A DNA stretch of 63,980 bases, counting the filler, from Lama guanicoe (Eukaryota), in NCBI GenBank assembly GCA_013239625.1. It is 81 parts of 79 records of this genome, joined end to end, with 100 filler letters (N's around TTAATTAATTAA, not from the genome) between each part and the next. Parts side by side here need not be neighbours in the genome. Positions count along the whole stretch, not along the records: positions 63,288 to 63,778 come from MU055366.1; positions 63,879 to 63,980 come from MU055491.1; 79 more parts are not named here. One strand, 5' to 3'. Both the position numbers and the translations under genes were made by a program. Below are positions 63,288-63,980 of the stretch, piece by piece. Every line of letters begins with the position of its first letter. Position 1 is the stretch's first letter. Below the pieces are notes generated by a model. The model searched no databases. It was not told the origin of the DNA and saw only the letters and a list, made by a program, of their open reading frames with translations.

Positions 63288-63778
63288 GAATATAGTATAC
63301 GAAATGCAAAATATAGTATGTAGAATATAGAATGGAAAGCACACAGTATAGAATAGAGAATAGACAATAGAGAACCCAGAATTTAGAAGATGGAATGCAG
63401 AACACAGAATTTGGAATATAGAAAACAGAGTACTGAAAATAGAATTTAGAATATAGAATTTAGAACAAGTATNNNNNNNNNNNNNNNNNNNNNNNNNNNN
63501 NNNNNNNNNNNNNNNNNNNNNNNNNNNNNNNNNNNNNNNNNNNNNNNNNNNNNNNNNNNNNNNNNNNNNNNNNNNNNNNNNNNNNNNNNNNNNNNNNNNN
63601 NNNNNNNNNNNNNNNNNNNNNNNNNNNNNNNNNNNNNNNNNNNNNNNNAATAGAATGCACATTATATAGAATATAGAATACAGAATACTGAATATAAAAA
63701 TTAGAAAATGGATTGAAGCACACAGAATTTAGAATATAGAATACAGAATACTGAATATAGATTGTAGAATATAGAATG
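63288..63778 (-). repeat. Heptamer-based AT-rich satellite (GAATATA orientation)
   Basis: 7-nt periodicity. Confidence 0.95.
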
Positions 63779-63980
63779 NNNNNNNNNNNNNNNNNNNNNN
63801 NNNNNNNNNNNNNNNNNNNNNNTTAATTAATTAANNNNNNNNNNNNNNNNNNNNNNNNNNNNNNNNNNNNNNNNNNNNGATTTTCAATGGAAGAGCCTAA
63901 ACTTGCCTTCTTAGCTTTTCTTTCTTTCTTTCTTTTTTTTTTTTTGTAGTGAGAGGGTTGAGTAGTGCTTTGCCAGCATG

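Noticed and set aside
1475..63834. Regularly recurring palindrome TTAATTAATTAA as a CRISPR-like or regulatory array
   Set aside because: Always embedded in fixed 44-N pads; it is an assembly linker

Overview
This is not a contiguous locus. It is a concatenation of about 81 short (roughly 0.2-1.4 kb) unplaced mammalian contigs, joined by 80 copies of an artificial 100-nt spacer (N44-TTAATTAATTAA-N44, stops in all six frames). Neighbouring pieces therefore have no biological adjacency, and most ORF-track entries are gap, linker or satellite artefacts. A Vic-1-like tRNA-derived SINE points to a camelid (alpaca/llama/camel) source. Content is mostly repeats: a 7-bp-based (TTCTATA-type) satellite in 12 contigs, a ~248-bp satellite in 3 contigs, a ~267-bp satellite plus a diverged dimeric relative, a 40-bp minisatellite, LINE-1 fragments, ERV1 LTR/PBS/gag remnants, MLT1, Tigger-type MITEs, L2 and MIR. 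Recognisable gene pieces are a TRAV18-like T-cell receptor V gene (leader, intron, V exon, 23-RSS) and one ANKRD26-family ankyrin exon. I see no convincing new multi-gene system. The best leads are repeat-evolution ones: an apparently L1-derived amplified complex repeat tiled across several contigs, and a higher-order (dimeric) variant of the 267-bp satellite. All family names and identities are from by-eye comparison, not database searches.
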